The notes under the pieces: model-generated
Seen by the model: the letters and a program-made list of their open reading frames with translations, nothing else
What the model was told of the DNA's origin: nothing
Databases searched by the model: none
Part shown: positions 1 through 13,268 of the stretch, in pieces
How positions within the stretch are numbered: position 1 is the first letter of the stretch
Layout of the letters: the number at the start of each line of letters is the position of its first letter
Program-made: the position numbers and the translations under genes
Source: Geosiphon pyriformis uo1
Lineage: Eukaryota; Fungi; Glomeromycota
Reading direction: 5' to 3'
Length of the DNA stretch: 44,022 nucleotides
Assembly: GCA_016748015.1 (NCBI GenBank)
Contig: JAAOMT010000198.1
Location: 1 to 44,022, forward strand

Positions 1-1069
1 ATAACTACAACAACAATATTAATAAATAACTCCTCCTCCTCTCTCCTCCCCCAAAAATACGTTCTTGTAATTGGACACAAATAAGCTTTTGTTCAAAACA
101 GGGCAAGACATGTCAGGCTGTACAAATAATAACATCATTCAACCCACCACCTAAATGTCTATTATATTTTTATATCTCTTGCTATTAAATAAAATGAATA
201 CTTTATTTGTACTTTAAACTTGAATATATTTTAAAGTTTTAATAAAGATTCATTTTATAACCCAAGTTTGATTTATTGAGTAAAATAACAGGTTAATTAT
301 AAGTAAACTTGAATCTTGCACTCTGTTAAATGGAAATTTTCAATTATAACAAGCCTTGCCGCCTTCTATATCTCATAGTGAATTGCCGATTTCTACCCAG
401 ATTTCATGAACTTTGTAAGTTCATATTGATATTTACTTATTTAAACAAGTTTTGATTGCTATATATTAAATTTTAGAGCTCTTGAAAAAATCAAAAGAAA
501 TTCAAATTCAAGCGTGCAAATAAAAAAAAAGATCTTAAAACTTTTGAATGTTTGAGCCTAACCAAATAGAGGTATTTGATTTCTACTTATGAAAACTGAA
601 TGAATAGTTTCCAAAAATAAATGAAATTAATCAAGAAATCTCTTAATATGGGACATTTTTGTAATATTTGGATCAATAATTAAATTATTAATTAAGTTAA
701 TATTCAACTTAATTAACTTTTTTTTTAAAGCTGTAGCAAAGTACTAGATCATTTAAACATTATGAATTCAATTACTCTTAATTTTTCAACTATTTTTTTT
801 GATTTAGACATATTAAGGTAAATTTTTTTTCTTTTTTTTCTTAATTTATATTGTTATTATCTTTAATAAAAGTATTATTAAATGACAATTTTTGAAAAAT
901 AATCAATATCTGTTATTGACTTCTAAAAACAGCAGTTGTATTATTTTTTATTGATAACATAAATCATTTCTTAATTCTTAAATTCTTTAAAAAAAATTAG
1001 TAATTGTAATTCTTATATTAATTGAATTACTTACTTATTCAAATTAATTGTTTTTATTATTATATAATA

Positions 1070-1433
1070 CAATATCTTTCTAAATGTACGCTTTATAAGT
1101 ACATACTCTTTCTATATACACACTATAGTCTGGTTACAAGTTCGAAACTTAGAGCGGTGTGCGTACTTTCTCTCTATTATATGCATGCACATGACGATTG
1201 TATTATAATGACCAATTAAAAGTTTCCGATTGTTTGTTAGATAATGATAAATAGCATTAGATCTACTTAGATTGTTTTGATTGGCTTGATGGCTAATCAT
1301 ATGTAAAAAGTACACAGTTTACATTTACTGTGTACCAATATCTATTTTATCATGGCTATTTTTTAAATGCATACTCTTTCTAAGTGTATAAATATAGTTA
1401 GGTCTAAAAACGTGCACTTATAAAAGTATATTG
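1070..1433. mobile_element. Degenerate non-autonomous Tc1/mariner (pogo-like) MITE, 364 bp, TA target-site duplication
   Basis: Left end TA|caatatctttctaaatgtacgcttt (1068-1094) aligns, with transitions and two small gaps, to the reverse complement of the right end aaaaacgtgcacttataaaagtatattg|TA (1406-1435). Internal copies of the terminal motif (catactctttcta) occur at about 1102 and 1370. No coding capacity. Confidence 0.65.
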
Positions 1434-1439
1434 TATCTA

Positions 1440-3676
1440 TTTTTTGGTATTTGTTAGTATATTATCTTAATTTATAATAATATTAACAATATTTTATGTT
1501 ATTTTATTTTGTACTTTTCTTTATATAACATATTTGCCAACAGTTTATTTTTCATATATTATTTTTTATATAATCTCTAAATATTTTTTTAATATTATAA
1601 AAAAAATAAAGTATATTTACAGTTAATATAATATTAAAAACTAATTTTTAATTTCATATTTATCATATTATTTGCTAGTTGGTTTACTTTTTTTATTTAC
1701 TAATAGTGCTTGAATTTAATCATAATAAATAATATAATACTTTTAAAAATTGTATTTACATCTTTGTTAATAATTCTAATTTATTTAAATTTTTAATCAG
1801 ATTAGTACAAAACTTTTGAAATTCAAGTTTTTTTTATTTTTAATCATAAAACAAAACATTATTAAATTTTTTTGTTTAAAAGTTAATTAACATAAATAAT
1901 ATTCAATTTTTGAGTTTGGTTTTGTTTTTAAAAAATCAATTTTTATTTAATACTTTTAAAAATTAATTCAGTTACTTAATTCTTAACAAGATTTGCTTTT
2001 AATATTACTAATTTGGTTAAAATATTTTGAATTAGTTATTTATTTATTTGTAAATTTAATGCTTTGTATAAAATATTTTATTTAAAATGCTAATATTGTT
2101 AACATATTTTAATATTTTAATTAATTTGGTTAAAAAATTTCAGTTTATATATTTTTAGATATTAAATAATGTTTAATAAAATATTTTTTTATTAAATTAG
2201 CTTTGTTTTAAACAAATTTTCAATTATATTATTTCACTTTTAATTAATTTCTCAAAGAAAAAACCGATTTGTGCTTAATATTTATAATAAACAATTAATT
2301 TGCTAATATTAAATAGTATATCTGTTTTTTTAAATTGATTTCTGTTTTATTTTTTGTTTGTTTGTTTTAAATTAATAATACCAAAATTTTGTTAATAGCA
2401 TAATATTTAAATGTTTATATAATATTTTTTTTGTTTTGTTACTTTAATTAGTTTGTATTAATGCATAATTTGGCAACAAATATTTTAAAATTAATAAAAT
2501 AAAAAATAATCATTGTTTTTTTTTGGTATTAATAATTAAATTATTAATTTCAAAAAAATTAAAAACAATATTTAAAATGGGTTTTTTATTTTATTTGTGT
2601 TTTCTATTAGCAAATTAACAATATAAATATAAATTTTAATAAAAATAATTTTTGATAATTTGTGCAATAAGTATATTATTTTAATTGTAAAATTTGAAAT
2701 TTATTAAAATTAAAATCTCTTTATATATATACATTTAGCAATATTTTTAAATCAAACAATTATTTAATAATAAAAATAATATTTTCAGCAATGTTTTGTT
2801 ATAATATTTTCAAAATTTATTTGGAATATTTAAAAAATTTAGAGCTTTGGGATTAAACAAGTTTTTAATTATTACCAATAATTTTTTTATGATAATTATT
2901 TAAGAGTATTTTATTGATTTTTAACTTATTAATATTAATTACATAATTAAAAACACTGTAATACATAATTTCAATTCAGGAGAAACCAGCAAATTTTTTT
3001 CGCATTTTTTTGTTTAAATTACTATTTTATTTTGCCAGCCAGCTTGTATTTATTCATTAATTTTTGGTTTAACAAATATCTTAAACCTGCTATTGGTATT
3101 AAATATCTGTAATTTGTATTAAAGTATTATTTATTGGTAAAATCAACAGTTTTAGCATCTAGAAAAATACCATATTTCAATGTTTTTTTAACATTTCAAA
3201 GTTGTTTTATGTTAAAGTTTGGTTTAATAAAATTTTAGCTGTATTTTCTAATCCTATTTTATTCAAATGAGAAAATTATCGAGTCTTTCTTAGAAAATAT
3301 CTTATTAAACTCTCCACTAGCAATAATGCAAATAAATTCATTTACCAGTTATCAAAATTTTTATGTTGTTAAGTGATTGAGACTTTATTTTTTGGCAATG
3401 TATTAGTTTAAATTACAATGATTGCCAAACTGGTTTTTTTTAAAAAAAAATCTGATTTCAATTGGACTAAGATCTGGCAATTATGAATGCCAAGTTAACT
3501 TGGGGTTCTTTCATAAGCTTGCACTTGTGAATTGGAACTTTATCCTCCTGAAATATTGCTTCTTTAACGGCCACAACCGCCGGCTCCCATATGCTTCACC
3601 GGTCATATGTGGGAGAATACATCCCCAATTCATGATAGATTTACGTCTAATTTTAACCGTTGCTCGTGTTGTGACA
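1440..3676 (-). mobile_element. Heavily decayed repeat-derived element, probably the 5' part of an LTR retrotransposon (LTR-like start plus eroded gag-like ORF)
   Basis: The minus strand starts TGTCACAAC at 3676 with a GC-richer ~270 bp segment. Below it a frame at ~3180-2780 reads LKYGIFLDAKTVDFTNK*YFNTNYRYLIPIAGLRYLLNQKLMNKYKLAGKIK**FKQKNAKKICWFLLN*... without frameshift. The tract is extremely AT-rich with almost no CpG. No RT or integrase motif was recognised. Confidence 0.5.
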
Positions 3677-5424
3677 CCTAGCATACACAAAAATTTCCAT
3701 AAGAATCGGTGGTTATAGAAGGTTCATCTATCCAAAGAATCCTTTGTGGTCTAATGCTTGTAGATTTTAGCCTAATTTAGCCGCTACCTAATTAATCATA
3801 GTTTCTTACACATTATATAGGATTTCACACATTGTTCTTTTTTATAGTTTTTTATTTAAAGTTCTAATGAACGTCTGGAGTTTGGATTTTAGATGAGATT
3901 TCGGATGTTTTGGCATTTTTCTTATTGCTGTAATTTTTTTTTAATTTCCCGGAGAATTTAACATTTAATACATTAATCAATAATAAATTTTCGATCACTA
4001 TTATTTCTTTTTTAAATAATCAATATTTTGTTAATTCTTATCGTTTAAAGAAATTCTTAGTACAATTAGTGAACCGTCAATAATGCGCGTAATTTTCGCC
4101 GCGGAGATGCTTCTTTGTTAGTAAGATCTTTTTGACCCACTCATTTGTGTATACATGTAGAATTTTTGAGTTGCTCTTTAACTATTTAATAAATTAAATA
4201 AAGATGAATCTCCTTTTTTATTAAAAAGTAACCACGCGGGTGCAATTTTAAGGGGTTAACATTGCTGGAATCTTTAGAATTCTTTGCGGTCTTGAGAAAA
4301 TCGTTCTAATTTTGTGTCACACGTTTGTACATTTCTTCTTACAATGAATACTTTTCCCGATGGACACGTGAACTAGGTATGCGGTCATCGATTGGTGATT
4401 GTCATGCAGGGCGTCAGGAGTATCTGATCGCAATTTTTGTTATCCTACAGAACCTTTTCTGTTTCATATTGCAGGAGAAACGCATATGAATGAAAGTTAC
4501 ATTTAAAGTGTGGTTTCTAAATTAAGATTCATAGAATATTGAATTTCTACAATATTTATTTTCTAAAGTCACTTAATTGGGATTTTTTTCGTGCGTGTAT
4601 TTTTAACTTGGTGTAATTAGGATATCTAAGCAATTTTCAGTTTAGTGTACTCATTTAGAGTATTAATGACTTAGTAATGCAAAAAATAAACAATAGTGAA
4701 TTAGTTGCTAAAGATAATCGATCTTTAATCATATAATCGTTGATATTGATTTTTCTAATGAAAACCAAGGATGAGTCATTAAATTTTTAAGAAGCCTTAG
4801 TAAAAACTTGATCAAAGTTTGTAGCAAAATTATAATGTATGAATCTTTTAAAGGTTACCGATATGGACTTTTTGTAAAAAAAAATTATCCTTAGCCTGGA
4901 ACCAAATAAATGATGAGATAATATGAAATAATTAAAATAAAAATTAATACCACAGCCATCAAAAATATATAGATACGAAATAGATTTTTGTTTTTTTGTT
5001 TGTACCTTTCACAATACAAAGATGGAAATAAGCATGAGGTTTTATTTTAGAATCTTATACGATCACAAAATCAAAGCATAATACTACAAACTTTTCATGA
5101 TTCTCCCTGAAACTCTTTTTCTTATTTGATGATTATTATTTTAAAATAAGATTTATTTTATTTTATTATATTATATATTTTTTTTTTTGGAATTTCAATG
5201 AAAAATTTAGCCGCATCCAGCAATAAATTTTGCAGCAATATAAAAAAAATGAACAAAACCAATGTTTGGGTTTTATGTCGAGAAAAATAAGTCTATTTCT
5301 TGCTACCCACGACAATGATATCCAATCTATATATCTTTAACTGAAAGCTCAAACAAATATAAATCTTGGCTATCACAACCCATTAAGAGATTTAAATTTG
5401 TTCCAATTATATTTTACAAAACTA

Positions 5425-6080
5425 CTAATAACGACGTTTTACCTTGCTACTTTTATTTTTGATAGCAAAAATTTCACTTGCTCCCCAACATTTCGTTCCA
5501 TCAATTATTAGCGCGGCGAAAAAAACCGGGTCAGTACCACCTGGTTTTGGTTCAAATGATTGATCGATTAAGAAAGAAGCTTCACGCTGCTTATATGGCT
5601 AAGAATTTTTAATTTTTGACAAAAATTAAAAGGTTATTTTTGAGTTGAATCAAGTGAAAATATTTTAAATTTTGTTATTAAATAAATATTTACAAAGCTT
5701 CCAAGATCTTTAATTAAAGTATCTTGTTCCTCAGTAGTTGCCTGCATAATTTTAACATCAACTTTTTGATCTAAAATAAATTTTAAAAATAAATATTATT
5801 TATAACATTTATCAAACTGTCTCTAAATAACACTTCAATTACTATTGAAATCACCTGAATTTGCCAAATCTAAATCTAGTTCCCATTTTACTTTTACTAT
5901 TTGTTGAAGCGAATAAAATTTATTTTCAGGACTGGAAACACGTAATGGACCACCGGGCGTTCGCATTTTTCCCGACGGTAGATTGTAACATGTTATCACG
6001 CTTTCAACTTTTAAAGTAAAGAATACCAAAAATAATAATAATATAATCAAGTTGGATCTTTGGAATAATACTGATTCCAT
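5425..6080 (-). CDS. Small secreted protein, 162 aa, 3 exons (6080-5843, 5770-5694, 5598-5425); possible Kre9/Knh1-like N-terminal Ig-like domain
   Basis: GT-AG introns of 72 and 95 nt join exons in frame to TAG at 5425-5427. N-terminal hydrophobic signal (LIILLLFLVFFTLKVES). Pattern LRVSSP...IVKVKW...KVDVKIM...ASFLI...GASEIFAI fits a beta-sandwich. Two Cys. Confidence 0.85.
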
Positions 6081-6378
6081 ATTGTTTTTAGTAAATATAA
6101 TAAGGTTTTAGTATTTTAAAAAAGTATTTACGAAATGCTTTGAAAAAAATATTTAAAAACATTAACTGGTTCTTTTATAGTTTTTTAGGAAAATTATGAG
6201 GGGAAAATTGAGTTTTATGAAATGAATCTTGGTCTAACTTTTCTGTGCGATCCTATATGATCAAATGATTTTGTCAAACAATAAAAATCATTCTAAAGAG
6301 GAGCTGAATTTTAATTCGAGCCATCTGTCTCAAATGTCTGCACGAATTATCCTGGTATTGGATCTTTTTGTCTATTAG

Positions 6379-6430
6379 TTGCTTTGCTTTGCTTTGCTTT
6401 GTTTTGTTTTGTTTTGTTTTGTTTTGTTTG
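6379..6430. repeat. Compound pentanucleotide microsatellite (TTGCT)n followed by (GTTTT)n
   Basis: Seen directly: ttgctttgctttgctttgctttgttttgttttgttttgttttgttttgtttg. Confidence 0.9.
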
Positions 6431-9400
6431 AATGTTTGTGTCAACAAAGAACAAGTTTTTAATTTAATTTGGATGTTGAATATATTTTCTATCAACGATA
6501 ATAAATAAGCCCTATCTTATCATTATTATAGGAATTTGATTAAAAATCAAAAGGTAAATAAAATTTCAAAAAAAAGAAGCCAAATATGGTAACCCATTTT
6601 TTCCCAAAGAAAATTAACACCAATATAATCTTTAGTATCTGTTTGTATTGGATTCATTGGAGCTTACTACATGTATTAAAGGTATTTTTAAACTGGTTTT
6701 TGAGCAAATAAACAAATTATTCTTAACTGTTAAATTAACAGAAAAAGAGAAACCATATAAATGTCTTTGTATGGATACTGATGTTTTGAAAATCAGAGAA
6801 ATTAGAATTCTTTTTTAGCTATTAAGTACATTGGAAAGATTTCCAAAGAAACTGTCTCATGCATGAAACATAATATATAAAAATATTAAAAGACTCCAAG
6901 GTTTTTCGATCGGGGGGGGGGGGGGTTTTTTGTGTTCCTTTTTCTTATCAACAATCCGATTGATTGGTTTAATTTGAAGATAAAAAGTAAAAAAGAATAT
7001 TTCGAAGAAAATTGTAAATGGTTTACTTTTGGGATTGTGATTACAGAGGAAATATGTTTGTTGTTAACCAATTTAAGCTTATTAATGAAAATATTAAAAA
7101 TGGAATAATCTAAATTATTTTATTAAACTTAAATGAAATCATTTTTTTTGGAAATGATTTCATTATTCAATTAAGATGAATTTGGTTATTAAATTGACTG
7201 ATACTTTCTTTGACCAAAAAATCCAAGTTTAAAAAGCTTGCCAACTTAAAAGACAAAATGTATTTCTTTCAATTAATATTAAATTTGATTTTAAAAGAAA
7301 TTTTGATGCAGGGTTCAAATTGAAAAAGCAAAAATTTTAGCAATAAACAAAAAAAAGTCTTTTGTTTTTATGATTGCTCTGAATGTCGAATAAATAAATA
7401 ACTATATTTATTAATATTCGAATTGAAAATCAAGCGTTTTAATATCTCTACATCGAGAGGAAAGTTTTTATAGTCATTTTATCTTATACTTTATTTTATA
7501 CATGGCAATTGTTATTCAATATCGACTAACCAGATTAGAGTCTGGTGGTGATTGTCAAGTTTTCGTCTTTTGAATACCTGGTTAGATCCTGGAATTTTCG
7601 AGAAAAGTCAAAGGATACTTTAAGTTTACATTTATAATGGATATTAAACAAAGTATTAATATGGAGAGAAAAACCTTGAAACTTGAAAATGTTTAGATTT
7701 TTGAACAGCTCAAATAAATAAACTTTGATATCTTTCTGTCACGCAATTCAAACGAATAACTTTTATAAATTTATTTAAATTAAACCCATACACTTTCTAT
7801 ATAAATATTTAAACCTTGGGCTATCAAGAATTTTTGATCTCATACGATGTTGAAAAGCTTTTCGGTCAGAGAATTCTTTTAATTGGAACATTGTTCGTCG
7901 TCTTTGTTTTTTTTTTTTCAAAGAATAAAGATTACATTAATTAGATATCAATTGTACATGGCTGAAAATAAACAGAATTAACTGCTTTTTTTGTGAAGAA
8001 TATATGAAAAGTTTGAAAATAGATAAATAGGCTTTGAAGATATTCATTAAAAAGTATCAACCAAGTTTTCTTTTGCAAATATAAAAAATTAATTTTCAAA
8101 ATATTTGTTTAATCACTAATTTATAAAAATAAATTACTCAATTTTTGATAACAATTTATTCATTTATTTATTTATTTATTGTTATATTTAATAAAATATA
8201 TATTATTTTAATACAAGGATATTTATCTATAAATTTATCAATAAATCGGTAAAATTATTTAACTATTAGCAAAAAAAACCTCAAAAAGGTAAGTCTTGTT
8301 TTTTGAAACCAATTTCATAAATTTTTACTTTAAATATCGGGAATTCTATTTGATATTGGTAGAATATCCTTATAGTATAGAAAAAAAGTTTAATGATCGA
8401 GTATCAAGTAGATTATTGATATATTATAAGCCACCTAACCCACAAATTATGTTACACTCTTCAATTGAATGTGCCTAAAAATGGGAAATTTAAAAACACT
8501 TTTGTATTAAATTAATTCAAAATCTAAAAAAGAATTCAAATTACTAAAAAGTCTATTGTATTTAGTTTATGATTAAAAAATTAATTAATTAAAATTTTTT
8601 CTAAGGTTAGATCATTGAACTGATATAAACAAATATTTGGACTCATATGCATTAGAAATGAAATAATTTGGAACATTTGGAAGTTATACATTTTTGACTC
8701 CAGAAAAACCAAGTGTGTTGATAAAAATATTTTTTCAATCAAATAAACCCATTAAAATTCCCTCTGAGCCCAAGAATTAAATATCAAATATGACTGTAAA
8801 GAACTAAACAGAAATTATGTAATGAATCCAAATGGTTGAGCTTTTTGTTTTAATTTAAGGTGGTATCTAAATCAAAATTACTGCGTTTTAATTGATGAAT
8901 AAAACTATCAATATAAGTAGAATCTTGGATATTGTTTTCTAAAAGTTTATAGAGAATACACACATTTTATCATTATATGAACCATCTCAATTATAGTCTA
9001 TCTCTCACGCTATCTTCATCCTTTAAAAATTAGCTATAATGAATTTTCCTTCAAATCGAAATGTCACTTAAACTCCATCTTCAAAGTAAATCTAAAACGT
9101 TTCCCAATATAATAAAGTAGATGAATCTTGCAAAGTTTTCACTAAATACAAATTGCAAGACGTTCACAATTATGAAATAAATGGTCAATCAAGGTTAAGA
9201 GTGAGATTCATTCGTTGCTTCCTGCTGCTGCAGTTTGACAAATTTTGTAGGCTGCACAAGACTAAATAATATTGATTAATAAGTGCCTAGTTTGCAAATA
9301 AAAGGTATTTTAATTTTACAGTCAAATATTTTAATGTTAAAACTATTTTATAAAAAGAAAATGTTTTAACACATGCGCATGTCTAAGAAACGAGCTTTCT

Positions 9401-9499
9401 CAACCTTTAACAAAAGACGTTTACTGTTTTAGTAATAATATTTATCGGCTTACTAACTATCTTTGATTTTCATTAATGTCATATATTGTTTTTTTTCAC

Positions 9500-10400
9500 C
9501 AATCGCATCTTTTACATAAAAAGCAATAATGGATCCAATATTAGTACCACCAAAATTTAAAGAGCTAAAGTATTTATCCGAAGCGACTGAAAGTGTTGGT
9601 TCACAATTTTTAAAAGAAGTTAAAAAGAGCTTATGGAGGTTTGTTACCTAAGTATTCATATATTTTGGCAATCAAAAGTAAAATTTAATTCCATTTAACT
9701 ATCAATAATATAAATTTTGCTTTCAATATATAAATTGGATTTCAAAATAATAAATTCCTGGTTTTCTGTGGGCAATTGAAAGATGTATAATCACACAAGA
9801 GAAATTTTAGCTAGAACTTGATTTCGGGACAGTTGATCAGGAAGTCGTTACTTTTGGAGTTTCGGGAGTTAGAAAAAAGGAATTTAGTTTAAAGCTGAAA
9901 ATTATCGCTTCACCTATAGAAATTTTCATGTTCCACATTCCCCACTGGTTTCAATGGGGTGGGAACATTTTGGCATTGAAATTTGGATTGAGCCATTAAA
10001 CAAGACAAAGCTGGATTGCTGGATAATATTCTGATGAAAAAGTTGTGCTATGTAACACAGATCTACCAATAGACTTATTTTGAACTTGAAATGAGCAACT
10101 AAATCTTTGTCTATTTAAAAAAAATTGTTTTGTAAAGATATTACAATTCACTTAAATACAGCAATGTAAAAATTCTAATAATAGAACTCACCTTCTAATG
10201 TATTTAAATTTATGAAATGGTACCATACACAGTTGTAAAGAATTTCATAAATTAACAAATGTTCCATTATTAACTATTAAATACAATATTAAAAAATTGA
10301 AGATGAAATAGCGGCTGTTCTAAGAAGATTAATTCAGATTAATCAATAGAAATTGGACAATATATTAGACGGAATCTTCTATTTGCTTCGGATTAACTCT
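9500..10400 (-). pseudogene. Pseudogene of unknown family, paralogous to 33455-34290(+)
   Basis: Retains an intron (gtgagt...aatag, 10191-10111). Remnant peptides SFQVQN..TTFSSEYYPAIQLCLV, NPNFNAKMFPP and TSFKNCEPT match the 33.8-34.3 kb block. Contains stops and frameshifts. Confidence 0.65.
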
Positions 10401-11988
10401 ACTTCGATTTACAAGTTTTAAACCAGGTGATAATTAGTGTAATGATTAAAATAAGTGATCTTCGAATTAAAGAAGAATTGTTATTGTTAATGTATATTAT
10501 AAAAATATAGATAAGAAATTTTCATAAGTTTATGCAATAAAATTAATTACATTCATATTTTTAAAAGAAATTATGGGTATTTTTTTCCCACAGCTTTATT
10601 ATAAGCATTGACTTTATTTGTAGCAAACAATTTTTTATTTGATACTTAGAATTAAAAACTTATTTTGAATGAATAAACAATTACAGTATCATATGGTTAC
10701 AAATAAGTTTTGTATTAGAAGAAAGACAATAAAGTGTAATATTGGTAAAAAAAAGAAAATTGAAGTTTTTATGATATTAAAACACAAAAAAACTATAATT
10801 CTGTTTTTTTTTTGATTTTTTGTATTAGCAATAAAATATCTTAAAAAGATTTTTAAAGTTCTAATTTTCAATAAAAAACTGTTTTATCACAATGAGAAAT
10901 ATTATTTTAATTTTATTTTAATTAAAATTTTAAGATTGTTGGTAAAATTTTTTAAAAAGTATTGTTTGTTTCTTCACATTTTAATATTATAATACTTTTT
11001 GAAACCACATAGCTTTATTTATAAATTTTTCTAAAATGTTAAATCAAATTAAGTAAATCATTTTAAAATTGTAAATAATAATTTATTATTTGCTAATTAT
11101 AGTAAAAGTTTAATTAATCAGAAGTTAAAAATTTTTATAAAAACTTTTTAAGCTAAAGTTGTATAATTTGAAAAATTATTTCAAATAAGTCATGTAATAG
11201 TTTACTTTTGCGAATAAAAATTTTTTTTGTTAACTTATTTAAAAATATTTAAGTATAAAATTTTATCAAATAATATGTTAAGGTGTTTATTAACATAAAA
11301 AAACCAAAATTTTGTTTTTGTCTAGGCTGAACAAATTTAAGTCTATGTAAAAAAATAAATTACTCGAAAATCAACATTCTCACCACCAAAATTTTAGTGA
11401 GGCAACTAGAATGTTTCCTACACTTAGTAATGGAAAAAGCGTACCATCCAACAAGTTTTTTACAATAAATTCCTTACCTAAGCCAACAGCGTAAAGTATT
11501 ACATGAGATGCCAAGTTTCTTGGTTGCCTGGTGTGCAGATAAATACATAGAAAGGAGAAAAAAGGTTGTATATTTTGTTGTCACTAGAAGTGGTCAATAT
11601 TAAAAAACGATGAACGTAGTATTCATCGGGAATTTTGGTGCAGAATCTCAGATAGGTGGTTATTCCAGATGACAACGAAAAGTTAAAAATACCAACCTTT
11701 TTTAATCACAGATCAAGATGATAGCGAAAATAGCCGCGACGACAGCAGCAAATATTTTCACCTTGGGAAAGATAGCTTGGTGTCTTATCATATTGAGTCA
11801 AAAAATGATCGAATCCTCAAGATATTTCAATATAAATTATATATCACGCTTTATATTTAGGTCAAGTTAACTTTGATCAATCATCCTATTGCAGAATTGA
11901 AAAGGAACAATATAAAAAGTTTTAAAACAGGCTTATTAGGGTTATCTTAAATTCGCCCTTTGATAGTTTCTATCCTTATTTTTTACAA

Positions 11989-13268
11989 ATGGATTTTAAC
12001 AAAAATATTTCTCTCAATACTATCTCCCAAGATTTTATAGAACTAATGAAAGATAAGTCTTTCTACGATGTTAGAATCAACCTTCCAGACGGGAGGTCAA
12101 TCTTATCCTACAAGTAATTTGTCTTAAGCATATCTGTTGCAAACATCCCAATTTTTATTATAAACTTAAATAATTGTTTTAGGGTGTTATTGGCTGCGAG
12201 ATCGCAAAAGATTCGTCGACACTTTCAAAATGCGTATAAAAAGTCTAGTTCGGGTGCAGTTGAACAAGTCGAAGATATATTACCCAAACAGCAATGGGTG
12301 ACATTATCACAAATCTCAGCACAAGAGCAACTCGTTGAGACTCTTTCGCTTGAAAGCTTAATTGGGTCTACAAATCTCCCAAAAGATCAAGTTTCTCTCG
12401 CCTTTGAAGAGTTGCATTCCTTCCTATACAGAGATATGGTTTCATGGGAAAAACTGACTGTGAGCCACCACAGACTATGCTCTTTTATTTTACTCCTTAA
12501 CAAATTAAAGATTCCGCATTTGTTGAATCCGAGTTTGGAAACAATCAGCAAATATTTGAATGCTCAAAACTATGTGGAATTTTTCAACACCATTTTGACT
12601 CTAAAGGGTTGTAATGCACCTGAAGATTTGATGATCAATTATGATCCTATTTATAAAATATGTGTCAACTTTTTCTTGGATAAGCAAGTCTTTGAAAAAC
12701 AAAAATTTGACGAATTCCAAATAGGCAAATTGTCACTGGAAGGTGTAAAAATTTTACTGGAAAAAATGGAAAGAAAAAAATTTAATATGGTGATGGAATG
12801 GGCGAAAATTCAAACTGATGAAAAAATCCTCAAAATTTCTGAAGAAGATTTATTAAAGTATGTCGACTTTGAGAAACTCGAAATAAATGACCTAGCCAGT
12901 GAAGTAAGTTCTCAATTATTGTTTGCAAATATCTTTAAAATGTATGCTAAATATATTTTGAATAGTTGCAACAAATTAGGCGTATTTTCCCTGGACGATA
13001 TACCGATATTGTCGAACGTTTGCTCCTGGAGGTTGCGTCAAAGTGTAACACGATTCAAACTGACGTAGCGCATCTCAATTTGAAAATTTCAAGTTCGGAA
13101 AAGACGGAAAAGAAGCCAGAGCAGAAACAAGAGCAGAAACCAGAACAGAAACCAGAACAGAAACTAAATCAGAAACCAGAGCAGAAACCAGAACAGAAAC
13201 CAGAACAGAAACCAGAGAAGAAACCAGAACAGAAACCAGAGAAGAAACCAGAACAGAAACCAAAGTAG
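11989..13268 (+). CDS. BTB/POZ-BACK domain protein with C-terminal EQKP repeats, 382 aa, 3 exons (11989-12113, 12183-12903, 12966-13268)
   Basis: Spliced N-terminus QDFIELMKDKSFYDVRINLPDGRSILSYKVLLAARSQKIRRHF is a BTB motif. FNMVMEWAK...LLKYVDFEKLEINDL is BACK-like. Introns gtaatt..ttag (69 nt) and gtaagt..atag (62 nt) keep the frame and join ORFs 12184 and 12966. Confidence 0.85.
13107..13262 (+). repeat. Coding 12-bp tandem repeat, 13 units (consensus GAACAGAAACCA = EQKP)
   Basis: Seen directly; the array ends one codon before the TAG of the BTB gene. Confidence 0.95.

Noticed and set aside
30-52. Polypurine tract on the minus strand as a retroelement PPT
   Set aside because: Not followed by a TG-starting LTR matching 3676 within the window.
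6274-7071. ORFs 6274-6495 and 6886-7071, and the G14 run at 6912-6925
   Set aside because: Products of microsatellite/homopolymer sequence with no protein features.
10400-10500. Minus-strand hydrophobic stretch resembling lipase N-termini
   Set aside because: Downstream sequence matches the 33-34 kb family, with no lipase motifs.
12904-13068. C-terminus of ORF 12184-13068 (VSSQLLFAN...)
   Set aside because: Better explained as read-through of a canonical gtaagt...atag intron.
13107-13262. Repeat array as possible CRISPR
   Set aside because: Contiguous 12-bp coding units with no spacers, in a eukaryotic gene.
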